This document shows positions 35,326-46,312 of a DNA stretch of 64,000 nt, in pieces. The notes beneath the pieces are model-generated. The model had not been told where the DNA came from. It ran no database searches and saw only the letters and a list, made by a program, of their open reading frames with translations. This stretch comes from an uncultured Armatimonadia bacterium (GTDB taxonomy: Bacteria; Armatimonadota; Zipacnadia; CAVVLO01). The DNA is taken from NCBI GenBank assembly GCA_963749155.1, contig CAVVLO010000003.1, positions 615,773-679,772 of the forward strand. Reading direction: 5' to 3'. Numbering within the stretch: the first letter of the stretch is position 1; each line of letters starts with the position of its first letter. Made by a program: the position numbers and the translations under genes.

Positions 35326-36474
35326 ATGCAAATCGCAGTGGTGTTGATTTGTCTATTTCTAGTCTGCGCGCCAGTGTTGGCCGCGACTGTCAGTATCACC
35401 GACTTTGGCGCGAAGGGAGATGGGACAACCGACTGTTCGCCAGCCTTTGAGCAAGCAATCGCAAGCGGCGCCTCGGTCATCACCGTGCCCGCTGGGACCT
35501 GGCTGGTCGGCCCTGAGGGGTTGAAACTGCCGGACAACACGGCCCTCATCGGCGAAGGCCCGGCCAGCGTGCTGAAGCTGGCCGCTGGCACAGTCCAGTT
35601 GCTGGAACTTGGCTCCGGCTGCCGGCTCGAGCGCCTGGCCTTCGATGGCACGGCCACCTCCGAGGGGAACCTCAACGAGGGCGTCGTCCGCACCGCCTGG
35701 ACGACCGGCGTCACGATACGCGATGTCTCCTTCGACCATTGCGATCGGTCTTGCCTCCTCACTGATAATGCCGCCGAGGTCACAGTGGAAGATTGCACTT
35801 TCCGCGACATCGCCCTGGCTATCCACCTGGTCTTCTCCAAACGTTGCCGCGTCTCGGGCAACCGCGTCGAACGCGCGCGAATCCATGGCATCCAGTTTTG
35901 GGGCAACTGGAAATGGGAGCGCCATGGCTCGGAGGACCTGCTCTTCACCGGCAACTGGGTGAAGGAGGGCGGCGGGGGCGGCATCTGGGGCTGCGGCGCC
36001 GACCGGGTGACGATGACCGGTAATATCGTAGACGGCGTCACGGACGTGGGGCTGGATGTGGAATGGTGCAATGATGTGGCCATCTCGGGCAATGTGGTGA
36101 AGTCGGCAGCCAATGCAGGCATCTCATGTTTCTTCTCGTGCAAGCGCGTGGCCATCACGGGCAACACTATCCTCAACGACCACCCTTATGAGGAGCCTGA
36201 CCCACCCCCTGGCTGGTGGTGCAGAGCGGGTATCTGGCTGACCGCGCCCAACCCGGCGGAATTTGCTGGCGATCTGGGGCATGAAGCTATCAGTATCGTC
36301 GGCAATGTCATCCACTGCGAAGGCGGCATCCGCCGCGCTGTCTGGCTGCCTGAAGCGGGCAAGAATATCCACCTGGAAGCCAATGTGCTCTCGGGGGGAG
36401 GCGTCTGGATTGGCGATAAACAGGTCGAACAACCTTTGCATCATGGGATACAAGCTGCCGGGCAGGGAGACTAG
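35326..36474 (+). CDS. Secreted right-handed parallel beta-helix protein (pectate_lyase_3-type N-terminus)
   Basis: DFGAKGDGTTDC..AF..AI..VPAGTW; repeated ISGN/ITGN rungs. Confidence 0.88.
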   Translation: MQIAVVLICLFLVCAPVLAATVSITDFGAKGDGTTDCSPAFEQAIASGASVITVPAGTWLVGPEGLKLPDNTALIGEGPASVLKLAAGTVQLLELGSGCRLERLAFDGTATSEGNLNEGVVRTAWTTGVTIRDVSFDHCDRSCLLTDNAAEVTVEDCTFRDIALAIHLVFSKRCRVSGNRVERARIHGIQFWGNWKWERHGSEDLLFTGNWVKEGGGGGIWGCGADRVTMTGNIVDGVTDVGLDVEWCNDVAISGNVVKSAANAGISCFFSCKRVAITGNTILNDHPYEEPDPPPGWWCRAGIWLTAPNPAEFAGDLGHEAISIVGNVIHCEGGIRRAVWLPEAGKNIHLEANVLSGGGVWIGDKQVEQPLHHGIQAAGQGD

Positions 36475-36539
36475 CTTTTGCGTGCAACTTTGGGAGTACG
36501 TTTTCGATATCACCGGGGCGTATTACGCCCTGAGAGAGG

Positions 36540-39380
36540 ATGAGCGATATGGCTTTTATCGAAGAACTGGATAAGCAATTTTTGGGGCTGGACGCCGATG
36601 CGGGCTCAGCGCAGAACTGGCTTGCGCGGCTGAAAGCCGAAGCGGAGTTCGCAGGCCGGCTGGCAGAGCACAAGGCAGATAAGACGGCCGAATGGCAGGC
36701 GCTAATCCTGGAGGCGCTCGCTGAGGCGCGCAAGGCCTGGACCAGCGGTGCGACAGTACAGCAGGCAGTCGAAGAGGCCGAGGTCAAACTGGCTCCCATC
36801 GGCGCTGTGGCGAAGGAATACACCATCCACTGCGTTGGCCACGCCCACATCGATATGAACTGGCAGTGGGACTGGCCCGAGACCGTCGCGACCACCAACG
36901 ATACCTTCCTCACTGTCGACAAGCTTATGAACGAAACTCCCAGCTTCACCTTCTCGCAGGACCAGACGTCCATCTACCAGCTTATGAAGGACTATCTGCC
37001 CGAGCTTACCGAGACGGTCAAAAAGCGCGTAGCCGAAGGCCGATGGGAAGTAACTTCCAACCAGTGGGTGGAGGGCGACAAGAACCTCGCCTCGGGCGAG
37101 ATCATCTGCCGCCATCTGCTCTACACCAAGCGCTTCTTCAAGGCCGAATACGGGCTGGACTATGATGCGGTCAAGCTCGACTACGAGCCTGACACTTTCG
37201 GCCATGCCATCACGGTGCCGACGCTCCTGGCCGATGCGGGCGTGCGCTGGTACTACTTCTGTCGAGGCGGACGCGGGCCGCAGCTCTTCTGGTGGCAGGC
37301 CAAAGATGGCTCTCGCGTGCTGGCTTTCGATGACAACAAACAATGGTATATGGGCGTGCTGGACGCCAGCGTCGCGCGCTTCGTGCTGGAGTTCGAGGCC
37401 GAATACGGCCCGAAGGATTATCTCTGGGCCTATGGCGTGGGCAACCATGGCGGTGGGCCGACCCGCAAAGACGTCGCTTCGGCGCTAGAGATGGACTCCT
37501 GGCCCCTCTTCCCAAACGTGAAGTTCTCGACTTACAAGGCTTTCTACACCGCGGCCGAGCAGCAGCTCAAGGACATCCCCGTCGTGGACCAGGAGCTTAA
37601 CTATGTCTTCGAGGGTTGCTACACCTCGGAGAGCAACATCAAATACGCCAACCGCAAGGGCGAGTGCTACCTCGTCGAGGCAGAGGCCTGCGCGGCGCTT
37701 GGCAGCAAGCTGTGCGGCACCCCGTATCCGGCCGCTGGCCTCAGACTCGGGTGGCAGCACACGATGTTCAACCAGTTCCACGACATCCTGCCGGGCTCGG
37801 GTGTGCGCTCGACTTATCGCTACGCGCAGGGGCTCTTCCAGGAGACGATGACCCAGACCTCGATGGCCAAGACCAACGCTCTGCGCGCCATCGCGGCGAA
37901 GGTCGACACGGCAGCTTCTTGCGCCTGCGGCTGCCCAGACTGCGGGGATGCATCCGATATCGGGATGAGCCTGGGCGCCGGCCCCGGCGATGTGCCGCAG
38001 GAGGGCTATGTCTCCCGGCGCGGCGCTGGCGGCAAGGGGTGCGACCCCTTTGTAGTCTTTAACCCCAACCCCTGGCAGCGCACGGAGCTTGCCAATGTGC
38101 GTATCTTCGACCGCAACTGGGCCGAGGGGCAGATAGTCATCAAGGACGACGCGGGCAATACCTTCCCCGCCCAGGTCGTTGGGAAGGGCGGTCACTGGCT
38201 GCATCATTTTATGGACATCGCCTTCCCGGCCAGGGACCTGCCGGCGATGGGCTATCGCAGCTATAGCCTGGCGCGGTCGGTGACTCCGGGCACGGCAACG
38301 GGCGCCTCGGGCGATGGCAAAGGTGTGCTGGAGAACGAGTTCCTGCGCGTGAAGATTGACCAGCCCTCCGGCTCGATTGTCAGCCTGGTAGACAAGGCCA
38401 CAGGATATGAGTTCGTGCCTTGCGGCGGCAAACTGGGCCTGCTGGAGTATACGCTGGAGTCACCTGACGGGATGAGCGCCTGGGTCGTGCATCAGTATCT
38501 GGAACAGGAAAACCTCGACACCGGCTGGCACCTGGCTTGTCCTGCCAGAGGGCCTCACGTGGCCAACGCGGTGCTGACGCGCAAGTATAAGGACAGCACG
38601 CTGACGGTGGTTATCTCACTGGCCGCCGGGATGCGCCGGGTAGACTTTGATTTGCGCGTCGACTGGCTCGAACGGGGCAGCAGGCAGCTCGGCATCCCAG
38701 GGCTGAAGGTCCACTTCCCGGTCAACGTCAACGCTGATTCGGCCACTTTCGAATGCCCCAACGGCTTCGTAGAAAGGCCGAACGATGGCCACGAGGTACC
38801 GAGCCAGAAGTGGATGGACCTCACCGGCACCGGCGAAGGCATCGCCGAACCGGTCGGCGTCACGGTACTGAACGACTGCAAGTATGGGCACTCGGCTAAC
38901 GGCAACGACCTGACGACCACGCTCATCCGCAGCAGCTTCGATCCCGATCCGCTGCCCGAGCTTGGCGACCATCACATCCGCTACGCCGTGATACCGCATG
39001 TCAGCGTGTGGACCGCAGCCGACGCAACGCGGGCGGGTTATGACTTCAACCTGCCGCTCAACGTCATCGGCACCGACACCCACCAGGGCGAACTGCCCGC
39101 CAGCCAGGCCTTCGTCGAGGTGCTGACACCGAACGTGCTGCTCGGGACCTTGAAGCAGGCGGAGGACTCCGAGGCGCTGGTTGTGCGCGTCTACGAGGTC
39201 AATGGCGAGGCCTGCCGGGCGCAGGTGAAGCTCGCTGCCGGACTCGTACCGGCAAACGCGAAGGCTAGCCAGGCTAGTGTGCTCGAAGTGCCCTCTGAAA
39301 TCAACACTGCGCGCTTTGATGGCGAAGTGGTAAGTGTTGACCTGCCGGCCTTCGGCATGGCGACGGTCATCCTGGCCTAG
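36540..39380 (+). CDS. GH38 alpha-mannosidase
   Basis: GHAHIDMNWQW, PDTFGH, GNHGGGP, NQFHDILPGS, NDCKYG, LKQAED. Confidence 0.95.
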   Translation: MSDMAFIEELDKQFLGLDADAGSAQNWLARLKAEAEFAGRLAEHKADKTAEWQALILEALAEARKAWTSGATVQQAVEEAEVKLAPIGAVAKEYTIHCVGHAHIDMNWQWDWPETVATTNDTFLTVDKLMNETPSFTFSQDQTSIYQLMKDYLPELTETVKKRVAEGRWEVTSNQWVEGDKNLASGEIICRHLLYTKRFFKAEYGLDYDAVKLDYEPDTFGHAITVPTLLADAGVRWYYFCRGGRGPQLFWWQAKDGSRVLAFDDNKQWYMGVLDASVARFVLEFEAEYGPKDYLWAYGVGNHGGGPTRKDVASALEMDSWPLFPNVKFSTYKAFYTAAEQQLKDIPVVDQELNYVFEGCYTSESNIKYANRKGECYLVEAEACAALGSKLCGTPYPAAGLRLGWQHTMFNQFHDILPGSGVRSTYRYAQGLFQETMTQTSMAKTNALRAIAAKVDTAASCACGCPDCGDASDIGMSLGAGPGDVPQEGYVSRRGAGGKGCDPFVVFNPNPWQRTELANVRIFDRNWAEGQIVIKDDAGNTFPAQVVGKGGHWLHHFMDIAFPARDLPAMGYRSYSLARSVTPGTATGASGDGKGVLENEFLRVKIDQPSGSIVSLVDKATGYEFVPCGGKLGLLEYTLESPDGMSAWVVHQYLEQENLDTGWHLACPARGPHVANAVLTRKYKDSTLTVVISLAAGMRRVDFDLRVDWLERGSRQLGIPGLKVHFPVNVNADSATFECPNGFVERPNDGHEVPSQKWMDLTGTGEGIAEPVGVTVLNDCKYGHSANGNDLTTTLIRSSFDPDPLPELGDHHIRYAVIPHVSVWTAADATRAGYDFNLPLNVIGTDTHQGELPASQAFVEVLTPNVLLGTLKQAEDSEALVVRVYEVNGEACRAQVKLAAGLVPANAKASQASVLEVPSEINTARFDGEVVSVDLPAFGMATVILA

Positions 39381-39402
39381 CAAGCAAGGGAAGCAAAGCA
39401 AG

Positions 39403-39438
39403 AGGAGCCGCGGGCATCTGCTCGCGGCTCCTTCGTTT
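39403..39438 (+). terminator. Intrinsic terminator
   Basis: AGGAGCCGCG(G)GC/GCTCGCGGCTCCT stem followed by TCGTTT. Confidence 0.7.
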
Positions 39439-39449
39439 GGGTGGTCAGT

Positions 39450-40209
39450 TTAGCGGGCCAGGGGCAGCAGGCCCTCTTCCCAGTGTTCGGTAGGCCAGAG
39501 CGGCTCATGGCCAGCCAGCAGGGCGGCCAGGACTAGGCAGCGCCTTCCGGGCATCGCCGATGGGATAGTAGAAGGCGTCCCAGTGTTCGCTGTCCTCGCC
39601 GTCGTGGTTTACGATTACATGGTCGAAGCGCCAGGCTTCGCCCAGTTCCTGGTAGGCGCTGCCAGCGCGCGTTTCGATGTTCTGAAGGTCCGGCAGCCCG
39701 AGGATCCCCTTCTGCTTCTGAGTCCTGCGCAGGAGCTTCCGGCGCATCACTTCAGTTACGAAAGCCGGCAGAGCGATATGGCGCGAGGGTTCGGCCATCT
39801 CGAGCAGCTCTTCTCGAGCAAGTGGTGAGAGGAAGATGGCCAGATGGGGCAAAGCGGCAAGCTCGGGTGAATCCAAAAGCGCTCTGGCAACGAAAGGGTT
39901 GCCCTCGAAGAAGGCGTCCCCATGAGAGAGAGCGCTCTCGACCTGGGCTAGCTCAAGGGCCTGCAGGTCGCCGCGGACATCCAGCACGAGATAGCCTGAC
40001 TCGCCGCGCAGGGCTTCAATCGCAGCCCGCGGGCGGAAGTGGTAGTCCACACCGTCCCGTTCTCCGGGCCTTGGCTCGCGCGAGTTAAACAGCACGAGCT
40101 TCACCAGATGGCCCGCCAGCTCGGGAAACTGCCTGCCAAGCGCCTTGTGCAGAGGGCTCTTGCCCGCGCACGAGGGCCCCGCCAGTATCACCATGTTGGA
40201 GGTTCTCAT
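39450..40209 (-). CDS. Divergent guanylate-kinase-like P-loop kinase; apparent frameshift near 39540
   Basis: GPSCAGKS, SREPRPGERDGVDYHF, FDHVIVN. Confidence 0.75.
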
Positions 40210-40223
40210 CTCCGCCGCCTCCC

Positions 40224-42769
40224 CTACTTGCGCCTGTACCTCAGCAGCACCGAACCGGGTCGCTCTTTGATGCTGACTGTGAGTGAGGCCAGATCCTTCC
40301 CCAGCAACTCAACGTATGGCGCGAGGTCGTAATTCTCTCCAGTCAAGCTTACCTCATACATGGCGCTCTCGTCGATGCCATAAAGGGCAAGTTCCACCGC
40401 GGGATAGGGGCTTTCGGGCCTTCGGAAGGCCAACACGGCCCCTTCGCCCAGGTCTGGCCGGTCAAGCTGATAGGCATACCAGTCTCGCTGGCTGGTTGTG
40501 AGCGCTAGCAGTGGGAAATAGTCGCCCAGGAACAGCGGCCTGAGTCGTTTGGCCTCTGCGATGGCAGCCCTGGTCTGCTCTTCTGGGAAAGCCAGTTGGC
40601 TCTCCAGATCGCCGTAGAGGCATAAGCCCGCCGTGAGGGCGCTGCGTATGTTGTACGGCGCCGAACGCCACACCGGACCTGTGTTCATCGGCATGTAGAG
40701 AGCCAGGCCTCCTGCCATCACCTGGTCGGCGCGTGCCATCAGCGGCCAATGGTCAGGCCCCTTCAAGCCCTCGCCAATGTCGTTGAAGTCACTGCGCCAG
40801 AGGTAAAAGCCAATCTTGCTGGTCTCGATATCTATCCGGTTACCCCCACCGCAGCAGTTGTCCATCAACTGGGCATGACTTTTGGCCACTGCGTCGTGCC
40901 AATACTGGTACAGGCCCTCTACATGCTTCATCTGGGCGATGCCAATCCGGTCGTCGGGACCTTCCTCAGGCGGCATCCCACTGCCATCTTCGCGATAGAT
41001 GTCCACCTCATACTCATCCAGTGTCCCAACCAGCCAGTCGGTCAGCCACTTCCGCTTGTCAGGATCGCCGATCCGCCACAGTCCAGGCTGTTCTGCGGGA
41101 TGGAGATACAGTGCATCATCATGTTCGGTTGCCCACTTGGTGCCTGGGCTGACGCTGACTGGCAAAAGCCAGAGGACGAATTTCATCCCGCGCGCGTGGG
41201 CGGCGTCGGCGAGTGGCTTCAGCCCGCGGGGGAAGTCCTCCGGTCGCGGGTACCAGTTGCCCAGGTTGGTGTTCCACGGCTGGGGATACCAATAGGCGTC
41301 CATCCAGTACGCCTCGAGGCCAAGCCGCGACTGCCGCTCGATCAGGGCGAGCTCGCCCGCCTCGTTCAGTTGCTCCATCCCTCGCTGGTAGATAGTCGCG
41401 CAGGAGTTATGTGCCATCGGAGGCACCGCGGGCGCCCCGTCCAGTTGCTGACAGTAATGGGCGAAGACCAGCTTGCGGAACTCGTTGTGGCCCCAGAGCG
41501 GGTCAGCGCCCTCCCAGCGTAGCATCACGATGCGCGGCCCGCGCACCCGCTCACCGGGCTGAAGGCGGAAGTGCGTAGAATGCATCCCTGCCTTCAGGCT
41601 GACAGCCCCGCCTGCCTCATGGAGAAACTCGGTCCGCCAGTCGCCCGTCCAGCCGACAGCCAGCAAGCAGCCGCCGGTTTCGGTCGCCAGATTGAAGAAG
41701 GGGAACACCTGGTTGGACGACAACTGACTCTCCAGTACTCTGGACTGACCGCGCGCCAGCGTTTCGTGATGCGGCAGGAAGGAATCCTCGGCCGTCTTGT
41801 CGCCGTTCGACCAGGTGAGTTCGACCTGGCCATCGACCGTGCCAAGGCCTAGCGGCGCCAGCGCGTTCAGAGGAAGGAAGCTCTCTAGCAGAGGTGAAGC
41901 CTGGGTGCCCTGGTTGGAGAGATAAACCACCCAGTCCACGGCACCGAAACCTTCCCACAGCGTGACCTGGGCCTCTACCTCGAAGCCGGTCACGGGATCG
42001 TGCCAGGTGAGAGTGCGCAGAATGGCGTCACCGGCGCGTTCTTCCCGAGAAGAATATTCCCACTTTGGCAGCAGGTCGGCCGATGGGACGCCGTCGTAGA
42101 GGAAGGAGAAGGCGGCCCGGCGCTTTCAGAGGCATCCAGCAGCAGAGGCAGCTCATCCAGATAGAGACGCGCTCCGTCCGCGAGGCGCACTGCTGCATCG
42201 GCCCAGTCCCCCTGGTCCCAGCCAATCCCATCGCCCGCGTCATCTACCTCGAGGAGGAACTCCCTGGCTCCACCAAGCGGCACGCTGATCGGCACGCCGC
42301 CATCCGCCAGGCGCAGCACCTCGGAGTCATAAACTGATTCACCTTCAACCAGCACGTGGAAACGCACCGAGCCGGCGGTTGGGTTGCTCTGCGTGCTGGT
42401 GTTGTCATCGATGCCGATTATGGCCTCGAAGTTCTCGACAGGCTGGGGCAACACAACGCGCAAGGTGGCGAAGCTGTCCATATACAGCCCGTGGTCATAG
42501 GTGCGCCCAGACATTTGAAGAGGCGTATCCCAGACCGTCTTACCGCGTAAGGTAGCATTGCGGTTGGCGACGATGTAGAGGCCCGGAGCGCGCGTCACCG
42601 GGGCGCTGGCCTGCCCGAAGGCGCGCTCTGCCCAGCCCTCGGCAGTGGCGATGGCTGGCGTCTGGTCGGGACGCTGAGGCACTCTGCCAGCGCTGGCAAG
42701 CCCCACTGCCAGGCCTAATAACACAAGTGATAACAGGGCTACTGACGACTCACAGTGCATTTTGGTCAC
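40224..42769 (-). CDS. Secreted NPCBM/NEW2 domain plus GH36-like alpha-galactosidase; apparent frameshift near 42115
   Basis: YDHGL..F.A.IGIDD..GSV.F..GDG...D..DWADA; MDAYW, FPRGLKPLAD.AH..GMKF.LW, NCCGGGNRID, WRSD. Confidence 0.87.
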
Positions 42770-44163
42770 TCTCCCTGGGCCGGCGCGATTGTTTTAGCGG
42801 CAGCCAGATACTCGAGCAGCACCTGGCAGTTGCGAAGGAAGTCCTCAGAGTAAATCCAGCCATCCTCTCTGATCCAGCGTCCCTGTTCGTCCAGACTTGC
42901 CAGCACCGTTTCGGCCTTCGTGGCCAACTCGGCGACCTGCTCGGGCGAATAGGTCCTGGGCGCGGGTGGAGTTGTAAAGTCAAAAGGTCTTTGTTGCTTC
43001 CAGGTGCCCGCGGCCAGTTCTCCCAGGAGTTGGAGATACTGTTGCTCGATAGAATCGACGCCGTAGTCGCCTTCCCAGGAATAACCGGGGCGCACCTCGT
43101 CCGTGTATTCGTTGATTATTTTACGGTCATTGGTGACGTAAAGAGGTTTGTTGGTCCGAGGCTCATAGAAACGCGCCCACAGACCGTTAGACAAGCGCGA
43201 GTTGCGCAGCCAGTCCAGCGCGGGTGGGAAAGGCGCAAGCCATTTCTCATCGGCGGTCTCGTTGAGCAGTGTGATCAGTGTATGCAGATTGCGCACCGTG
43301 GCAGCACTACAGACGGCAGCCGGCTCGAACCAGCGCGCGGGAGCGGGCTTGCCGTCGTCCGTGTATTGCTGAGCCCAGCCTGCCTGGGGCGGATCGAGTT
43401 GAGCAGCCAGGATATAGTCGCCGCACCTCAGCGCGCAGTTGTGCCAAAGCTCGTCGTCATAAGTTGCGGCGGCCTCCAGCATCACCAGCAAGCAATCGTT
43501 CATCGCGTTGTCGTTGAAGGTCGCATAGCGGCTGTAATGGAGGGGCGAAAGCGGGAAACGCTGCGGCCAGGCGCCGTTCCTGAACTGGGCGCCCCACAGG
43601 CACTTAAGGCCCTCCTGAACAGCGGTGTGGATTTTTTCATCCTGCTGATTGAGTGCTCGATCAAGTGCCATCAGCAACCTGAGGGCGCTCTGGGTGGTGT
43701 TGTCATCAAAGGTGGACTGGTTGAGTTGGCCAATGCGGGGCGCTTTGCCCGCTCTGCTGTCGCTCAGCCGATAATGCTTCAAAGCGCCCTCTGGACTGAA
43801 GCCAATCCAGTAGTCCCAGCCACCTGAAGCAAGCTGCCCTGTAGCAAGCGCATAACCTGCCTGCCTGGCCCAGTCGAGATAGCGCTGCTCGCCAGTTACC
43901 TGCCAGGCGGACAGCAGCAACAGGCCCACTGACGGCGTGCCGGGAGGCTGCACCCAAACTTGCGTTTTGGTAGCTTTTTCTTCGCCCCATTGCTCGGAAA
44001 GGTCAGCCTTGTATTTCCAAAGGTACCCGCCCTCGCAGGAAAGCGTATCGTGAAAGCAGGTAGTCGCCCGGAGGAGTCCTTCCAAAGCCTGTTCCGGAGC
44101 CAGTTCAGCCCTCAGGGGCAGGCAATATGCTAATAGCATTAGTATTGAGATTAAGGTTTTCAT
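42766..44163 (-). CDS. Secreted PL10-like pectate lyase
   Basis: TFDDNTT, AQ..NGAWPQ, TFNDNAM, GWAQQY, PA.AR.FEP, WARFYE; RBS GAGGTG. Confidence 0.83.
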   Translation of the reverse strand: MKTLISILMLLAYCLPLRAELAPEQALEGLLRATTCFHDTLSCEGGYLWKYKADLSEQWGEEKATKTQVWVQPPGTPSVGLLLLSAWQVTGEQRYLDWARQAGYALATGQLASGGWDYWIGFSPEGALKHYRLSDSRAGKAPRIGQLNQSTFDDNTTQSALRLLMALDRALNQQDEKIHTAVQEGLKCLWGAQFRNGAWPQRFPLSPLHYSRYATFNDNAMNDCLLVMLEAAATYDDELWHNCALRCGDYILAAQLDPPQAGWAQQYTDDGKPAPARWFEPAAVCSAATVRNLHTLITLLNETADEKWLAPFPPALDWLRNSRLSNGLWARFYEPRTNKPLYVTNDRKIINEYTDEVRPGYSWEGDYGVDSIEQQYLQLLGELAAGTWKQQRPFDFTTPPAPRTYSPEQVAELATKAETVLASLDEQGRWIREDGWIYSEDFLRNCQVLLEYLAAAKTIAPAQGE

Positions 44164-44197
44164 TGAACACCTCATAAAAACAAGCTTCCTGTTTAGT

Positions 44198-44255
44198 TTT
44201 CGTTTCATCAAATCTTTTCCCTGCCCCTCGACAATTGGGAGAGTTGTGCTAAGCT
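44198..44255. promoter_or_regulatory. Divergent promoters
   Basis: Minus GCAGGG-N17-GAAA (44198-44224); plus TCGACA-N16-TAAGCT with extended TG (44228-44255). Confidence 0.45.
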
Positions 44256-44314
44256 TAGATAAGTGTAGCGCCAACAACGACCTCTTTAAGGGGTCGAAAA
44301 GGGGGAACAAAGGC

Positions 44315-46174
44315 ATGAAGAAACTCTCAACTCCGTCAATATTACTGCTCCTTACTTGCTGCTTCCTGCTTCTCGTCAGCCTTGCCTCAGCTCAGTTCCA
44401 GGTAAACCCCAATCTAATGCGCGCCGAAACAAGATGGACAGCAGTACTCCAGGGGGCCAAGCTTAGCTCGCCAAACCTGGCACTTGCAGAAATCTCGAAG
44501 AATAACCTCGCACTCCAATTGCGCGTACCTGGCTTCGAACAGGCCTTGATTACGCGTCAAAACCAAAGCTTTAGATTGCTGTCGATTCCTGGTGAAGGCC
44601 GCAGCACCGAGGTTGGGCTTCCGGATGTACCCCTGGTACGCCGGCTGGTTGCCGTGCCACCTGGCTCCGGGGTGCGTCTCAACATCACAAGAGGCAATGT
44701 CAAGAACTTCGACAACATCAAGGTACTGCCAACTCAGGAACCTCTTGCAGAGCAAGGGCCCTATGAGACTCCCTTCAAGCTGAATGAAGGCTTCTACAAG
44801 CAGGACACCTTGTACCCAGACTTCGAGGCGCGCGTCTCAGAACCGATGATGCTTGGGCATGAGCAGGTAGTGCTGCTTGAGATGGCGCCTCTGCGCTACA
44901 ATCCCAGCAAACAGCTTGTTCAGGTGACCGAGAACCTGAACGTCGAACTCGTCTTCACGAAGCCCGCTACCGCGGTGCTGGCTGCGCCTACTGGCATAAA
45001 GCTCGCGAAAATCAATGCTCGTGCGATTAACCCCAGCCTGGTAGCGATAGGCCGTTTCGTGGACTGGGGCATCCTTCCGATGGACTGGGATTATCTCATC
45101 ATCACGCCCGAGCAATTCGTCGACAATCTCAAGCCCCTTGTTGACTGGAAAAAGTCCAAGGGCCTGACCGTCGTCACCAAGACCGTAGAGAGCATCGGAG
45201 CGAGCGTAAACGCCATACGCAACTACATCCGGGACGCCTATGAAGACCATGGCATCAACTATGTGCTGCTGGTCGGCGACACGGACAAGATCCCGCCCTA
45301 TATGTTCGGTTCGACTCCCAGCGACCACTACTACTCGATGCTCGCCGGCGGAGATATCCTGCCTGACGTGGCGGTAGGCCGCTTCGCTGCCAGTACTGAC
45401 GCGCTGGTGGACAATATGGTCGCCAAGTCGGTCAACTACGAGAAGAGCCCCACTCCCAGCAAGACCTGGTACAAGAAAGCCCTGTTAATTTCGGACAGTG
45501 GCTACTTTGAGGATACATCCAACTGGGTCAATACCAAGCTCACAGGTAAGAGCTTCAACTGCACGAAGCTCTATAACTCGCTTGGCAACGCCAATGTGAC
45601 CAACGTGCGCAACAATGTGAACGGTGGAGTTGGCGTCATCAACTATCGCGGTCACGGCGGTCAGACTGGCTGGGGCACCTCTGGCTTCGGCAACACCAAT
45701 GTCCACGCGCTGACCAATGGCCGGATGACCCCAATCATCATCAGCCCGACCTGTCAGACAGGCTGGTATGACATCGGCGAATGTTATGCCGAGGCCTGGA
45801 CCAGATACGCATCCAACTCGGGAGCCGTGTGCTATTGGGGTTCTTCCCGCAATAGCTATGGCGGTTACAACGACGAGCTTTGCAAGGGCTGCTGGAAGGC
45901 CATATATGACGACAACATCAGGCCGATGGGAGACGTTACGAACAAGGCCAAGCTTTATATGGTTGGCGTCTATGGCACAGCAGGCACCGCCGAACTCGAG
46001 ATGTATCTCTTCAACCTGTTTGGCGATCCCGAACTCAACTTCTGGGCCTCGGCTCCTGCAAGCCTGGTAATGCCGATCCCGCGGGTGATTCTCTGGAAAC
46101 CCAATCTCATCCCGCCCAAGCTGATGCCTGACCTGATCATCAAACCACTGCCTGGCCGAGTAATACTTCACTGA
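44315..46174 (+). CDS. Secreted C25 (gingipain-family) cysteine peptidase with propeptide
   Basis: GLPDVP propeptide; YLIITP, YVLLVGD, SDHYYS, PDVAVGR, NYRGHG (His), PTC (Cys), NLFGDP. Confidence 0.92.
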   Translation: MKKLSTPSILLLLTCCFLLLVSLASAQFQVNPNLMRAETRWTAVLQGAKLSSPNLALAEISKNNLALQLRVPGFEQALITRQNQSFRLLSIPGEGRSTEVGLPDVPLVRRLVAVPPGSGVRLNITRGNVKNFDNIKVLPTQEPLAEQGPYETPFKLNEGFYKQDTLYPDFEARVSEPMMLGHEQVVLLEMAPLRYNPSKQLVQVTENLNVELVFTKPATAVLAAPTGIKLAKINARAINPSLVAIGRFVDWGILPMDWDYLIITPEQFVDNLKPLVDWKKSKGLTVVTKTVESIGASVNAIRNYIRDAYEDHGINYVLLVGDTDKIPPYMFGSTPSDHYYSMLAGGDILPDVAVGRFAASTDALVDNMVAKSVNYEKSPTPSKTWYKKALLISDSGYFEDTSNWVNTKLTGKSFNCTKLYNSLGNANVTNVRNNVNGGVGVINYRGHGGQTGWGTSGFGNTNVHALTNGRMTPIIISPTCQTGWYDIGECYAEAWTRYASNSGAVCYWGSSRNSYGGYNDELCKGCWKAIYDDNIRPMGDVTNKAKLYMVGVYGTAGTAELEMYLFNLFGDPELNFWASAPASLVMPIPRVILWKPNLIPPKLMPDLIIKPLPGRVILH

Positions 46175-46203
46175 CGAAGCCAAGGCTGCAAAACGAAGCA
46201 TCC

Positions 46204-46241
46204 GGAGACGCCCTGGAGAAATCTGGGGCGTCTCTTCTTTT
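46204..46241 (+). terminator. Intrinsic terminator
   Basis: GAGACGCCC/GGGCGTCTC stem then TTCTTTT. Confidence 0.72.
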
Positions 46242-46312
46242 GGGAGCAAGAGGAAAGCTGCCCGATTTGGTGTATTATTAGTAAGTACCGTATCCACTCG
46301 GGGGTGTGAGCT

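Noticed and set aside
44163..44316. Overlapping divergent N-terminal extensions in the ORF track (also 8111-8327 and 54564-54890)
   Set aside because: Downstream starts fit RBS, signal-peptide or family-start evidence better; the extensions cover promoter DNA or the opposite gene
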